The translations under genes and the position numbers were made by a program. Shown piece by piece: positions 29,359-39,615 of a stretch of 64,000 nt of DNA; the first letter of the stretch is position 1; every line of letters starts with the position of its first letter. Source of the stretch: Hyalangium minutum (GTDB taxonomy: Bacteria; Myxococcota; Myxococcia; Myxococcales; Myxococcaceae); the NCBI RefSeq assembly GCF_000737315.1, contig NZ_JMCB01000021.1:10536-74535 (forward strand), in the 5' to 3' direction. The notes under the pieces were generated by a model. That model saw only the letters and a program-made list of their open reading frames with translations, did not search any database and was not told the DNA's origin.

Positions 29359-30408
29359 ATGGCCTCTGCTTCTTCTCTGAAGACCGTCATCGCCGCGCTG
29401 TCCGGCAATACCCTCGTCACCCTGGTGAAGTTCATCGCGTTCGCGCTCTCGGGCTCGGGCGCCATGCTGTCCGAGGCCATCCACTCGGCGGCGGACACGG
29501 GCAACCAGGTGCTGCTGTTGCTGGGCCTGAAGCGCGGCAGCCGCGCGGGCGATCAAGAGTTCCAGTACGGCTACGGCGGGGAGCGCTTCGTCTTCGGCAT
29601 CCTCTCGGCCTCGGGCATCTTCTTCGTGGGCTGCGGCGTCACCGTCTACCACGGCTTCCAGTCGTTGCTGCACCCGCACCAGCCGGAGATCGGCGCGAGC
29701 ACCTTCGCGGTGCTGGGCTTCTCCTTCCTGGTGGAGGGCAGCGTGCTGCTGCTGGCGATCTCCTCCATGCGGAAGCAGGCGGCGGGCATGCCGTTCTGGC
29801 GCTACGTGCGCGAGAAGGCGGATCCGGCGGCCCTGGCCATCCTGCTGGAGGACGGCGCCGCGGTGCTGGGCCTGGTGCTCGCCACGACGGGCATCCTCTT
29901 GGCGTACCTCACGGGCAACCCGGTGTGGGACGCGGCCGCGTCGCTCACGGTGGGCTTGCTGCTGGGCCTCATCGCCGTGGTGCTGATGGTGGAGAACCGC
30001 GGGCTGCTGCTCGGCCGGGCCGTGCCCGCAGAGGTCCAGCAGCGCTTCGTGGAGCGGGTGCGCTCGCGCGGGAGCATCGCGGAGCTGCACGACGTGAAGA
30101 CGCGGCAGCTCACGCCGGAGTCCTACCAGTTCAAGGCGGAGATCCGCTTCAGCGAGGACTTCGTCTCCGCGCGGCTGGCGGAGATCCTCCCCACCCAGGG
30201 GGTGCCTGCCTCGGGCGAGGCGCGGGCGCAAGCGCTCCAGGAGGCCGCCCGCCACCTCATCCGGGCTCTCAGCGAAGAGGTGGACGCCATCGAGGCCGCG
30301 GTGCGCGCCGCCATCCCCGAGGCCCAGCACATCGACCTGGAGCTGGAGCACCTGCCCCTGGCATCCCCCTCGGGGGCTACGCCTTCTTCGTCCACTCCGA
30401 GCCGGTGA
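29359..30408 (+). CDS. Cation diffusion facilitator family transporter
   Basis: EAIHSAADTGNQ, YGYGGERF, ILLEDGAAV, DAAAS. Confidence 0.92.
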   Translation: MASASSLKTVIAALSGNTLVTLVKFIAFALSGSGAMLSEAIHSAADTGNQVLLLLGLKRGSRAGDQEFQYGYGGERFVFGILSASGIFFVGCGVTVYHGFQSLLHPHQPEIGASTFAVLGFSFLVEGSVLLLAISSMRKQAAGMPFWRYVREKADPAALAILLEDGAAVLGLVLATTGILLAYLTGNPVWDAAASLTVGLLLGLIAVVLMVENRGLLLGRAVPAEVQQRFVERVRSRGSIAELHDVKTRQLTPESYQFKAEIRFSEDFVSARLAEILPTQGVPASGEARAQALQEAARHLIRALSEEVDAIEAAVRAAIPEAQHIDLELEHLPLASPSGATPSSSTPSR

Positions 30409-32269
30409 CGACCGGCAGCTGCATGGCGCGCTCGCGGTCCAGGTCCAGGTTGCCGATGTGCAGCGACAGGGGCGACTGCACCCACTTGTAGATGGACTGG
30501 AGGAAGAGCCGGACGAACTTGTCCGCGTAGCCCTGGAGCCGCGCGGGCTCGACCTCGGGGAACATGGCGGTGAGGGCCTGCACCAGCTCGGCGGGCACCA
30601 GCTTCTCGCCCGCGAAGAGGTAGAAGCACGCGTCCAGGATGGGGAAGGGCATCAGCTCCTCCTCACCTACCTGGTTGTGCGCGAGCTCAGGACCCGCAGG
30701 CTTGGCCAGCACCTTCTTGATGCCCTCGTAGCCTGTTTTCTCCTGCAGGTAGTCCAGCAGGTACATGACCACCGTCTTGGGCACGTTGGCGATGACGGCC
30801 AGGGCGCCCATCAGGTCTCCGCCGATGGTGGTGTAGCCCACGGACTTCTCGCTCATGTTGCCCGTCTGCAGGAACAGGCCGCCTGCCGAGTTGGACCAGT
30901 TCCACATGCGCTGGGCGCGCAGGCGGGCTTGGACGTTCTGCTCCGTAACCGCCGTGACGGGTTGCTCCCCGAGCATCTGCTTGGCCACGGCCAGCTCGCG
31001 GTCGAAGGCCTCCTCGATGGGGATGACCTGGAACGGGACGCCGAGCTCGCGCGAGATGGTCTCCGCGGCATCACGGGTGGCATCGCTCGAGTAGCGGCTG
31101 GGCATGTAGAAGGCCCGCAGCAGTGAGCCCGGGTTCTCGGGCCGCACCTTCTTCGCGTACCGGTGGGCAATGAGCAGCGTCAGCAGCGAGTCCCGGCCTC
31201 CCGACAGGGCGATGCCGATGACCTTGAAGGCGCGCGTCTTCTCGAAGTAGTCGCCCACGCCCAGCGCCAGGGCGTCGAGCACGTCCTCGCACAGCGCCTC
31301 GCGGGCGGGGCGGCGCTGGTCCGGCCCTGGCAGGAAGAAGCTGCGGTGCGCCGGCACCGGGTAGGTGAGCTTGTCGCGCTTGCTCTGGAAGACCTTCGTG
31401 CAGTCCAGCGCGGGCACCGGCTTGCCGCCACGGGCCACCCACGCCTCGTAGTCGCCGCGCCACGTGGTGTTCTCCGTGCGCAGGCGCATGGTGCGATCCA
31501 GATCCACCACTGCCGCCGAGTAGCCTTCCTGGAAGCGCGGCGTCTCGTGGACGTGGCGGCCGTTCTGGTTCAGGAAGCCGCCGCCGTCGAAGATGATGCC
31601 GTCATTGCTGCCCAGCGCATTGGCGTAGGCGATGGTGCACTGGTGGTCCGCGGCGCGCGTGGCGATGAGCTCCCGTCGCGTGTCCACGAAGCCGATGCGG
31701 AACGGCGAGGCGGACAGGTTCACCACCAGCTCGCCACCCGAGTACGTGCGCCGGCGCTGCGGCCCGTCCGCGCTCCAGATGTCCTCGCAGACCTCGGGGG
31801 CCAGGGTGCCGAAGTCGAAGCGGAACAGGTAGTCACCCAGCGGCACGTCGCGGTGCACCTCGGCCATGCCCGGGTAGCCGCGGGACCAGGTGCGTGCCTC
31901 GTAGAAGATGCTGTACGTGGGCAGCTTCTCCTTGGGCACCAGCCCCAGCACCTGGCCGCTGGCCACCACCGCCGCGCAGTTGAGGCGCAGTCCCTGGTGG
32001 GCCACCGCCACGCCCACCACGAAGACGGTGGACAGGCTGGCCGTCTCCCGTGCGAAGCGCTCCAGCTCCGGCCACTGGTGGTCGACGAAGCCCTGCCACT
32101 GAATGAGATCCTCAGCCGGGTAGCCGCCGATGACTTGCTCCGGGAAGAGGCCCACGGTGACGTCATCCGCCGCCATCTTCCGCGCCAGCGTGAGCACCCG
32201 CTCCATATTGCGCGTGAAGGCGCCCACGGTGGTGTTGACGCTGGCGATCCCTACCTTGACGAGCCGCAT
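30377..32269 (-). CDS. nadE: Glutamine-dependent NAD+ synthetase
   Basis: Nitrilase triad (FPEQ, PKEKLP, EVCED) plus synthetase SGGRDS, NVQARLR, GNMSE. Confidence 0.93.
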   Translation of the reverse strand: MRLVKVGIASVNTTVGAFTRNMERVLTLARKMAADDVTVGLFPEQVIGGYPAEDLIQWQGFVDHQWPELERFARETASLSTVFVVGVAVAHQGLRLNCAAVVASGQVLGLVPKEKLPTYSIFYEARTWSRGYPGMAEVHRDVPLGDYLFRFDFGTLAPEVCEDIWSADGPQRRRTYSGGELVVNLSASPFRIGFVDTRRELIATRAADHQCTIAYANALGSNDGIIFDGGGFLNQNGRHVHETPRFQEGYSAAVVDLDRTMRLRTENTTWRGDYEAWVARGGKPVPALDCTKVFQSKRDKLTYPVPAHRSFFLPGPDQRRPAREALCEDVLDALALGVGDYFEKTRAFKVIGIALSGGRDSLLTLLIAHRYAKKVRPENPGSLLRAFYMPSRYSSDATRDAAETISRELGVPFQVIPIEEAFDRELAVAKQMLGEQPVTAVTEQNVQARLRAQRMWNWSNSAGGLFLQTGNMSEKSVGYTTIGGDLMGALAVIANVPKTVVMYLLDYLQEKTGYEGIKKVLAKPAGPELAHNQVGEEELMPFPILDACFYLFAGEKLVPAELVQALTAMFPEVEPARLQGYADKFVRLFLQSIYKWVQSPLSLHIGNLDLDRERAMQLPVVTGSEWTKKA

Positions 32270-32386
32270 GGCTGCGAGTCCCCTTCGAGCCCGAGGCGCA
32301 ACCCGCGCATCCCCGGGCCGGTGTCATGTCCTCCCCCAGCAGACGCCCGGGAGGGCGGAGACGCAAGCCTTTCGGCGTACAGCCGC

Positions 32387-33043
32387 TCAGTTCAGCGGGC
32401 CCGTGGGCCGCATCGGCTGCAGGCGGCCCAACAGCTCGCCTACTTCGTCGATGACCGCCTGGAGGCGCACGCGCACGTCCAGCTCGGAGAGCAGCTCCTG
32501 GCGCCGCTCGGGCTCGGGGATGATGGCGGCGGCCACCACGTCTGCCAGGGTGCCGCCGTTGGCCCGCGCTACCGCCGGCAGCAGTCCCTCGGAGAACGAG
32601 GGCGGCACCCGCCCAGCCAGCTCGAGCACGGCCTGACGCAGCTGCTCCTCCTCCGGCCCGTGGTACGACGGGTCCGGCAGCAGCTCGACGCGCATCTCGC
32701 GGTAGAGCCGCTCCGAGGGCAGCTCGGCCACCATGCGGGCCCGGCAGACGCCCTGGAGCAGCAGGTTGTAGCGCCCATCCTCCAGCTTCTCGTGCCAGAC
32801 GATGAGGCCGACGCACATCATCTCCTGGACGGGCGGCCTCCCGGCGTAATGGGTCTCCCAGCCGGGCTCCAGCTGCGCCAGGGCCATCACCTGGTCCGAG
32901 GACAGGGCGTCCCCCACCATGTCCCGGTAGCGCGGCTCGAAGATGTGCAGGGGAATGACCGAGTGCGGGAAGAGCACCGCCGAGGGCAGCGGGAAGACCT
33001 TCAGCGCGTCTGAGGACTGGATGATGCGTTCCGGGACCGTCAT
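32387..33043 (-). CDS. LON peptidase substrate-binding domain protein
   Basis: VFPLPSAVLFP, PLHIFEPRYRDM, DGRYNLLLQG. Confidence 0.9.
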   Translation of the reverse strand: MTVPERIIQSSDALKVFPLPSAVLFPHSVIPLHIFEPRYRDMVGDALSSDQVMALAQLEPGWETHYAGRPPVQEMMCVGLIVWHEKLEDGRYNLLLQGVCRARMVAELPSERLYREMRVELLPDPSYHGPEEEQLRQAVLELAGRVPPSFSEGLLPAVARANGGTLADVVAAAIIPEPERRQELLSELDVRVRLQAVIDEVGELLGRLQPMRPTGPLN

Positions 33044-33171
33044 GGGCTCTCCCTTACCGTTACCTTTGTTCATAAGTATGGGGTACGCAGGTCGCATCCC
33101 AATCAAGCGGGCGCTCCTCGGGCAGCAGGGCGGTGGAAACCGGCTGTGGTTCCGCTAGGGTGCGCGGCCAC

Positions 33172-33744
33172 ATGTCGGATACGTCCCAAGCCCCGATCGC
33201 CACCCAGTCCGAGAAGCTCTCCTGGTACCGCAGGCTCTACCTGCGCGTCGAGGCCCTGTCCTCCTCGAAGCATGCCCTGGCTGCCATGCTAGGGGTGTCG
33301 GTGATTGACGGCTCGGTGTTCCCCATTCCCCCCTTCGCGCTGCTCGTCCCCATGGTGCTGGCCCAGCCGCGCAGGTGGGTGCGCTATGCGGTGCTGGGCA
33401 CGGTGGCCAGTCTCTTCGGGGGCCTGATTGGCTACTGGCTGGGCACCCTCATCGCGGCGGGGGCGGTGGACTTCCTGAACATCGACCTGAACGTGCGGGT
33501 GCAGCGCTTTGGCGTGGACGCCACCGTGGGCGAGTTGCTGGGCCAGAACTTCTGGGTGTTGTCGCTGCTGTGCTCGGTGCTGCCCACGCCCTTCAAGGTG
33601 GTGGCCATCGGCAGCGGCATGGTGTCCGTGCCGCTGGACCGGTTCCTGCTCGCGGCCATCATCGGGCGCACGGTGCGCTTCTTCGCCGTGGCCGGGGTGA
33701 TGCGCTTCGTGGGGCCCACCGCGCGCAAGTGGCTGCGCGTCTGA
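33172..33744 (+). CDS. YqaA/DedA (VTT domain) membrane protein
   Basis: DGSVFPIPP, GGLIGYWLG, LPTPFKV, IGRTVRFF. Confidence 0.88.
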   Translation: MSDTSQAPIATQSEKLSWYRRLYLRVEALSSSKHALAAMLGVSVIDGSVFPIPPFALLVPMVLAQPRRWVRYAVLGTVASLFGGLIGYWLGTLIAAGAVDFLNIDLNVRVQRFGVDATVGELLGQNFWVLSLLCSVLPTPFKVVAIGSGMVSVPLDRFLLAAIIGRTVRFFAVAGVMRFVGPTARKWLRV

Positions 33745-33756
33745 GACGGGCGGACT

Positions 33757-36198
33757 TCAGGTGCCTGCGGGAGCGGGTTCCAGGGCCGCGTCGATGGTGG
33801 CCAGCAGCACCTCCGGGCGCACGGGCTTCTCCAGTACCTGATTGGGTACGGAGCGGATGAAGGCGCTCGCGGCCGGAGTGAAGGCCCCGCCGGACATGAA
33901 GACCAGCCGCCGAGCCAGCTCCGGAGCCTGCTCACGCAGCCAGTCGTAGATGTCCATGCCCGTGGTCCCCGGCATCTGCAAATCACACACGACGAGATCA
34001 AAGCGCTGCCCCGAGGCGACCCACTCCAGGGCTTCGCTGCCGCGCGTGGTGGTCACCACGTCGTGGTTGGGCGCCAGCAGCAGGCGCATGGACTGGGCCA
34101 GCCGGGGCTCGTCATCCACGATGAGGATGCGCCCGCGCCGCGCGGGGCGTGCTGGGGAGGCGGCCTGCTCCACCGGGCGGTGCGCGGGCTCGGCGGCGCG
34201 AGGAAGCTCCGGGGGTGCCGCAGGGAGCAGGATGGTGAAGACAGAACCCTGGCCAGGCTCGCTGCGCACGAGAATCTCCCCTCCGTGGGCCCGGACGATC
34301 TGCTGGCAGATGGAGAGCCCCAGGCCGGTGCCCTCCTCATGTGACTTGGTGGTGAAGAACGGCTCGAAGATATGCGGGAGCACCTCGGGGGCGATTCCCC
34401 GGCCGGTGTCCGACACCTCGAGCTGGGCCTGGCCATCGGGCGCCGTGAGCGTGCGGATCCGTACCGTGTGCTGCTCCGCCTGCCCCGGGGGGACGGCCTG
34501 CACCGCGTTCACGAGCAGGTTGAGGAGCACCTGGCCCAGCCGGGCCCCGCTCCCCAGGACCGGGGGAATGGCGCTGTAGTCCTCCACCAGCTTCGCCCGG
34601 TCGCGGAGCGCATGCCGCACCATCCGGAGCGCGGGCGCCGCCACCTCACGCAAGTCCACGCGCTCGCGGCCATCCGAGCCCTCGCGGCTGAACTTCCGCA
34701 GATCCTCGACGATGAGCCGGATGCGCTCGGCCCCTTCCTGCGCGTCCAGGAGATGGGAGAGTGCCTCCGCGGCTCCCGCTCTCCCCTTGCCCAAGCTGCG
34801 CGTCGCGCCGGTGAGGTTCAGCTCCAGGTAGGCCAGCGGGTTCTGGATCTCGTGCCCCACTCCCGCGGCGAGCGTGCCTACCGCGGCCACGCGCTCGGCC
34901 GCCATCAGCCGGGCGCTCAGCTCCTGCGTGGCGGAGACGTCGCGGTGAATGGAGACCAGGTGCGTCACCGCGCCGCCCGCGTCCCGCACGGGAGACACCT
35001 GCACCTCGCTGTGGACCCGTGAGCCAGCGCGGTGCTTGAGCAGCACCTGGCCACGGAAGGGTGTGGCCTCGCGCAGGGCGGCCTCCAGGCGCTGGCGCGT
35101 CTCGGGATCCATGTCCCCCATGTGCTCGAGCGGAGAGCGCCTCAGCAGCGCCTCCTGCTCCAGGTCCACCATGGCGCGGAAGGCCTCGTTGGCGAAGACG
35201 ACGCGGGGGCCCTCGGGCGTCACCTCGTTGATGACGACCCCCTCATTCAGGCCGCGCACGGCGGTGGCGAGCAACTCCACCTGCCGGGTGGCATCCCGGC
35301 GCCCAGCGCTCACCGCCGCGAGCAGCAGGCCCGTGGTGGCGTTGACGGTGATGGCCAACTGCAAGAGCAGCAGCGTCCGCACCCGGGCCTCCGCCACGAC
35401 CGTGGACTCCGAGGAGAGCCCCAGCCCCACCTCCGCGCTCCAGACCGAGCACAAGGTGAAGAGCAGGATGACGAACGCCACGCCGCGAGGGCTGAAGCGC
35501 AGGGCCGCCCAGACCGCCAGGGGGAAGAAGAAGAAGGTCGCCCTGTACCACGAGGCGTCTCCGCCCAACCCGGCCTGGGAAACCATCAGGCCCCCCAGCA
35601 GCGTGCAGCCACCGAGCGCCAAGGCCTCCCAGCGAAACCCCGCCGGCCGCTGTTGCCGGAGCAGCAGCAGCGCGGGCGTCACGACAGCGATTCCGATCCC
35701 ATCCCCCAGCCACCACACCTGAATCGTCTTCGCGACGTCCGTCCACTCCAGCCCGCCCCAGAGCACGAGGCTGACCGTGGCCGCCGACGCGCCCACCAAG
35801 GAGGAGCCCAGCGCCGCGCCCACGCTGAGGGCGACAACGTCTTGGACACGCTCCAGCCGGGCCGAGAAGCCCCACCGCTTCAGCAAGAGCGCCCCTAGCA
35901 CGGGCTCCAAGGTGCCGCCCAAGGCGCTCCCCAGGCTGGCGAGCGGTGGGTTGCCCATCCCCAGGCAGAGCACGAGGCCGCCGAAGAAGATGCCCGGCCA
36001 GTAGGACACGCCCAGCATCAGCAGTGCTGCCAAGGCCACGCCCGAGGCGGGCCAGACCGGGCTGACGTTGAACGCCCCGATGGAGAAGACCAGCCCTGCC
36101 TTGCCGACCAGCCAATACACGACGGCCAGCGCAAGCATCGTCACGATGCCGCGCGCCGTGGCTGCCCAGGCGATGCGCTCGCGTCCCGGAATGGTCAC
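33757..36198 (-). CDS. Hybrid sensor kinase (MASE1-PAS-HisKA-HATPase-REC)
   Basis: SPVWPASGVALAAL MASE1, WWLGDGIG; GHEIQNP; NAVQA, PFFTTK, GTGLGL; IVDDEP, CDLQMP; start uncertain. Confidence 0.9.
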   Translation of the reverse strand: MTIPGRERIAWAATARGIVTMLALAVVYWLVGKAGLVFSIGAFNVSPVWPASGVALAALLMLGVSYWPGIFFGGLVLCLGMGNPPLASLGSALGGTLEPVLGALLLKRWGFSARLERVQDVVALSVGAALGSSLVGASAATVSLVLWGGLEWTDVAKTIQVWWLGDGIGIAVVTPALLLLRQQRPAGFRWEALALGGCTLLGGLMVSQAGLGGDASWYRATFFFFPLAVWAALRFSPRGVAFVILLFTLCSVWSAEVGLGLSSESTVVAEARVRTLLLLQLAITVNATTGLLLAAVSAGRRDATRQVELLATAVRGLNEGVVINEVTPEGPRVVFANEAFRAMVDLEQEALLRRSPLEHMGDMDPETRQRLEAALREATPFRGQVLLKHRAGSRVHSEVQVSPVRDAGGAVTHLVSIHRDVSATQELSARLMAAERVAAVGTLAAGVGHEIQNPLAYLELNLTGATRSLGKGRAGAAEALSHLLDAQEGAERIRLIVEDLRKFSREGSDGRERVDLREVAAPALRMVRHALRDRAKLVEDYSAIPPVLGSGARLGQVLLNLLVNAVQAVPPGQAEQHTVRIRTLTAPDGQAQLEVSDTGRGIAPEVLPHIFEPFFTTKSHEEGTGLGLSICQQIVRAHGGEILVRSEPGQGSVFTILLPAAPPELPRAAEPAHRPVEQAASPARPARRGRILIVDDEPRLAQSMRLLLAPNHDVVTTTRGSEALEWVASGQRFDLVVCDLQMPGTTGMDIYDWLREQAPELARRLVFMSGGAFTPAASAFIRSVPNQVLEKPVRPEVLLATIDAALEPAPAGT

Positions 36199-36394
36199 TC
36201 CCCCCAACGCCGGTCCCGCTGCTTGGCAAGCGGACGGCTGAGGACCATCGTACCCAGGCAATGGGTCGAAGCAACCCCCCCGGAATTCCCCAAGAAAATT
36301 CACTGCCTGTCCCCCCCTGCACTGGGGGGTGCGCCCGGCGCAATCGCGCGGCGGCCCGTGCGTAGGACAGGACAACAAGGAGGAAGCCAAGACG

Positions 36395-36616
36395 ATGTCC
36401 AGACCTGGTGCCGCCGCTCTGTTGTCGTTCCTCATCCCCGGAGTGGGACAGCTCTACAACGGGGACATCCTGCGCGGGGTCTTCTGGCTCATCATCACGC
36501 CGGGCTTCTGGATTGGCACCGGCGGCCTGCTGGGCTGGGTGTGCCACTTCATCGCTGCGGCCACGGCGCACAGCCGCGCGGAGGAGAAGGAACTGCGCCG
36601 CCTCCCGGCCTGGTAG
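36395..36616 (+). CDS. Small membrane protein (TM2-like)
   Basis: AALLSFLIPGVGQLYNG motif; strong AAGGAGG SD. Confidence 0.8.
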   Translation: MSRPGAAALLSFLIPGVGQLYNGDILRGVFWLIITPGFWIGTGGLLGWVCHFIAAATAHSRAEEKELRRLPAW

Positions 36617-36617
36617 C

Positions 36618-37286
36618 TCAGGCCCCCGAGGCCCTCGCCGCTCTCAGCACCGCCAGCAGCTCCTCGGCGGTGGTGGCAAGCGCGCGAGCCCCATGGGACC
36701 GCAGCTCCTCGGCGCTGCGGAAGCCCCACGTGACACCGACGGCGTACATGCCGGCATTGCGCGCGGTGTTCATGTCCACCGCCGTGTCGCCCACGAAGGC
36801 GCAGCCCGCGGGCGCCACGCCGAGCTCCGCGGCCACTCCGAGCGCGGCCGTCGGATCCGGCTTGCGAGGCACCCCCGCCCGCTCGCCGTAGATGGACGTG
36901 AAGGGCACGCCGGGGAAGAAGCCGTCCACGAGCCGCCGGGTGAAGACATCCGCCTTGTTGCTCAGCACCGCCAGCCGGACGTTCTCGGCGGCAAGCTGCG
37001 CGAGCACTGCGGGGATGCCCGGAAACACGTGCGTCTGATCAAAGAGGTGCTCCTCGTAGTACGCGCGGTAGGCCGCGAGCACCGAAGCGGCCAGGTCCTC
37101 GCGGTCCGGAGGAAGGGCCTTGCGCACGAGCACCATCACGCCCTCGCCCACGAAGTGACGGTACTCGTCAACGGAGTGGAGCGGCAGACCGTGCTGGGTG
37201 AGCGAGTGGTTCATCGCGGTGGCGATGTCCGCCAGCGAGTCCACCAGCGTCCCGTCGAGATCGAAGATGGCGGCGCGCAGGTGCAT
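36618..37286 (-). CDS. HAD hydrolase, phosphoglycolate phosphatase-like
   Basis: FDLDGTLVDS, LSNK, KPDP, FVGDTAVD, GVTWGF. Confidence 0.9.
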   Translation of the reverse strand: MHLRAAIFDLDGTLVDSLADIATAMNHSLTQHGLPLHSVDEYRHFVGEGVMVLVRKALPPDREDLAASVLAAYRAYYEEHLFDQTHVFPGIPAVLAQLAAENVRLAVLSNKADVFTRRLVDGFFPGVPFTSIYGERAGVPRKPDPTAALGVAAELGVAPAGCAFVGDTAVDMNTARNAGMYAVGVTWGFRSAEELRSHGARALATTAEELLAVLRAARASGA

Positions 37287-37374
37287 GCCCCACCTCAAAC
37301 ACGAACGCCCCGGCCAGACAAGGCCGAGGCGCTCGGGCAACTTCAGAATCTCCGAAGAAGCTCCGGAGGGAGGT

Positions 37375-37953
37375 TTAGTGCGCGCCCTCCGCGGAGGCCA
37401 CCGGGTTGTCGCCACCCTTGGTGAGCACCGCGAAGTTGATGTTGTTGTAGCCCGCGGTGGCGCAGCTGAACATCACCCGCTTGATGATCTTGAACTCCAC
37501 TTCCTTGTGGGCCTGGATGTTCACGTCACCCTTGAAGGCGTTGTCCTCGCCGCCCGCCATGGCGTGCAGGTCCTCGAACTGCTTCTTCATGTCCCGCAGC
37601 TTCTCCTCCAGCGCGGGGATGTTGAGGTACTCGTCCTTCACCAGGTCCTCGGTCCGGCCGACGATGGTGCCGGAGATGGAGACCTGATCATTGGAGACCA
37701 TCACCACCGGATGCATCTCCACTTCCTTGACGTTGACGGCCTCGGGCAGCTCGATGTCCTTGGTCATCATCAGCACCTCGCCCGTCGCGGAGAAGTTCGC
37801 GATGAGGAAGAGCACGATGATCACGAACATGTCCACGAGCGGGGTGATGAGCAGGTCGGCGAAGGTGCCTTTCTTGCCGTGTGCTCCGTGCCCGAACACC
37901 TTGGAGTGCTCGAGCCGCTTGCCGTACCGCTTGCCGGGAACCTTGATGGCCAT
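37375..37953 (-). CDS. aglS: ExbD/TolR-like gliding motor subunit
   Basis: ITPLVD41MF, with Asp at position 41 as recalled for M. xanthus AglS; third gene of the operon. Confidence 0.85.
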   Translation of the reverse strand: MAIKVPGKRYGKRLEHSKVFGHGAHGKKGTFADLLITPLVDMFVIIVLFLIANFSATGEVLMMTKDIELPEAVNVKEVEMHPVVMVSNDQVSISGTIVGRTEDLVKDEYLNIPALEEKLRDMKKQFEDLHAMAGGEDNAFKGDVNIQAHKEVEFKIIKRVMFSCATAGYNNINFAVLTKGGDNPVASAEGAH

Positions 37954-37996
37954 GGCTTTGCTTTGACCTCGAATCCTTCCGTGGGTGGGGTGAGCG

Positions 37997-38485
37997 TTAG
38001 CCCGCCGCCATCACCGATACCTGCGGGAGTTGGTTGCCCAGACACTCGTCGATGATGCGCACCAGCACGTCGTAGCGGACCTTGTCGTCCGTCTGCAGCG
38101 TGATGGCCGACTGGTCCGGGAACTTCTCCTTGATCTCCTTGAAACGCTCCGTCAGCTTGCTCAGGTCGATCTTGCCGGTGTTCGTGTCCCGAACGATGGG
38201 AATCGGATCGAACGCGGCCTGATCGGCGGAGAGCACCAGCTGCTCGGGAGTGACGGCCAGCGTGAGCTGCACCGTCTTCGTCTGCTCGGCAGGCGGCTCC
38301 TCCGCCGAAGAGGGACCTCCCGCCTGGGACACCTGGAGGCGCCCGATCTGCGTCCACACGGCCGTCATGATCAGAAAGCTGATCGTCACGGCCATCAGGT
38401 CGATGAAGGGGACCAGGTTCACGGCCATATCGAGCGCCTTCTTGCCGCCCTTGCCGCCACTCCCCAGGTCCATTCCGCCGGCCAT
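37997..38485 (-). CDS. aglQ: ExbD/TolR-like gliding motor subunit
   Basis: NLVPFIDLMAVTISFL (conserved Asp at 29; AglQ D28 recalled); middle gene of the operon. Confidence 0.85.
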   Translation of the reverse strand: MAGGMDLGSGGKGGKKALDMAVNLVPFIDLMAVTISFLIMTAVWTQIGRLQVSQAGGPSSAEEPPAEQTKTVQLTLAVTPEQLVLSADQAAFDPIPIVRDTNTGKIDLSKLTERFKEIKEKFPDQSAITLQTDDKVRYDVLVRIIDECLGNQLPQVSVMAAG

Positions 38486-38573
38486 GGCAACCTCCTCACT
38501 CAATCCTGCAGCGGCCCGTGCCGCTGCAATCGTTCAACGTGACAGACACCAACGCTTCGCTCAGGTTCCCGGA

Positions 38574-39317
38574 CTACTCCTCACCGTGGCCGTGGGCCGA
38601 GGTGGGGATGTTCAGGTTCTTGAACTTGTCGCGGTTGGTGACGATGAGGTTGAGGACGGAGACGCTGGTCTCGTTGATGTCGTTGATGATGCTCTGGGTG
38701 CGGCCCTGGAGCACGGAGAAGGCGATCAGCGCCGGGATGGCCGTCAGCAGACCGAAGCCCGTGCAGTTCATGGCTTCAGAAATACCGTTGGCGAGAATCG
38801 TCGCCTTGTCGGCCGGGTTCACGTTCGCCACGGCCTCGAAGCAGCTGATCAGACCGGACACCGTTCCGAGCAGACCGGCGAGCATCGCCGCATTGCCGAG
38901 CATCGCGAGGTAACCGGTGCGCGCCTCGATCTTCGGCGTCTCACGCAGCGAGGCCTCGTCCAGCGCGGCCTGGACCTCGTCCTGGCCCTTCGGAACGTTC
39001 ATCAGGCCCGCCTTGATGACGGCGGTCAGCGGGGTGTTCTTCTGGCCCGCCACGTAGTTGATGGCCTTGTCCAGATCACCCGCGTAGATGTGCTTCTTGA
39101 GGCCGCGGAGGAAGCCCTCCTTGTTGATGGAGGACTTGACGAACAGAACGATGACGCGCTCCACGATGATTGCCAGCGCGATGACGGCGCAGGTGGCGAT
39201 GGGGTACATACCCCACTGACCCGCCTCCCAGCGGCGAGCGATCTCTTCGAACAGCGAGCGCTCGGCTCCGCCAGTGTTGGCAAGGACGGTCAGATTCGTC
39301 AGAAACCCCAGGTTCAT
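38574..39317 (-). CDS. aglR: MotA/TolQ/ExbB-like gliding motor subunit
   Basis: MNLGFLTNLTVLAN, GLLGTVSGLI, GISEAMNCTGFGL; followed by two ExbD genes. Confidence 0.9.
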   Translation of the reverse strand: MNLGFLTNLTVLANTGGAERSLFEEIARRWEAGQWGMYPIATCAVIALAIIVERVIVLFVKSSINKEGFLRGLKKHIYAGDLDKAINYVAGQKNTPLTAVIKAGLMNVPKGQDEVQAALDEASLRETPKIEARTGYLAMLGNAAMLAGLLGTVSGLISCFEAVANVNPADKATILANGISEAMNCTGFGLLTAIPALIAFSVLQGRTQSIINDINETSVSVLNLIVTNRDKFKNLNIPTSAHGHGEE

Positions 39318-39615
39318 CGCGTGTTGCCTCCGATAGGCGGCCCGGGTTAAGCGGGCCTTCCAGATTTGCGTTCCCTGGCTGAGCGGTGCGTTGCCCCGGC
39401 AAGAACTCAATCTTGGATGTTGAAAACGTGAGCGCGACTTTAGGAACGCCCCCCTGGTGTGTCAAGGCGACCACCCGGCGTTAGCTATTGAAATCTCACA
39501 GGAAATTTCGTCATTTTGAGTTGGCTGAGGGGCTGCAATGGAGGCGGGGGGGCACCAGATGTGGTGCCTGGTCGGGTGCTTGGGTCCCCCCCTGGGTCGT
39601 GGTAAGCGCGCCCGC

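Noticed and set aside
30377-30408. Convergent 3' overlap of the CDF gene and nadE
   Set aside because: Short tail-to-tail overlaps are common in compact GC-rich genomes and there is no further signal.
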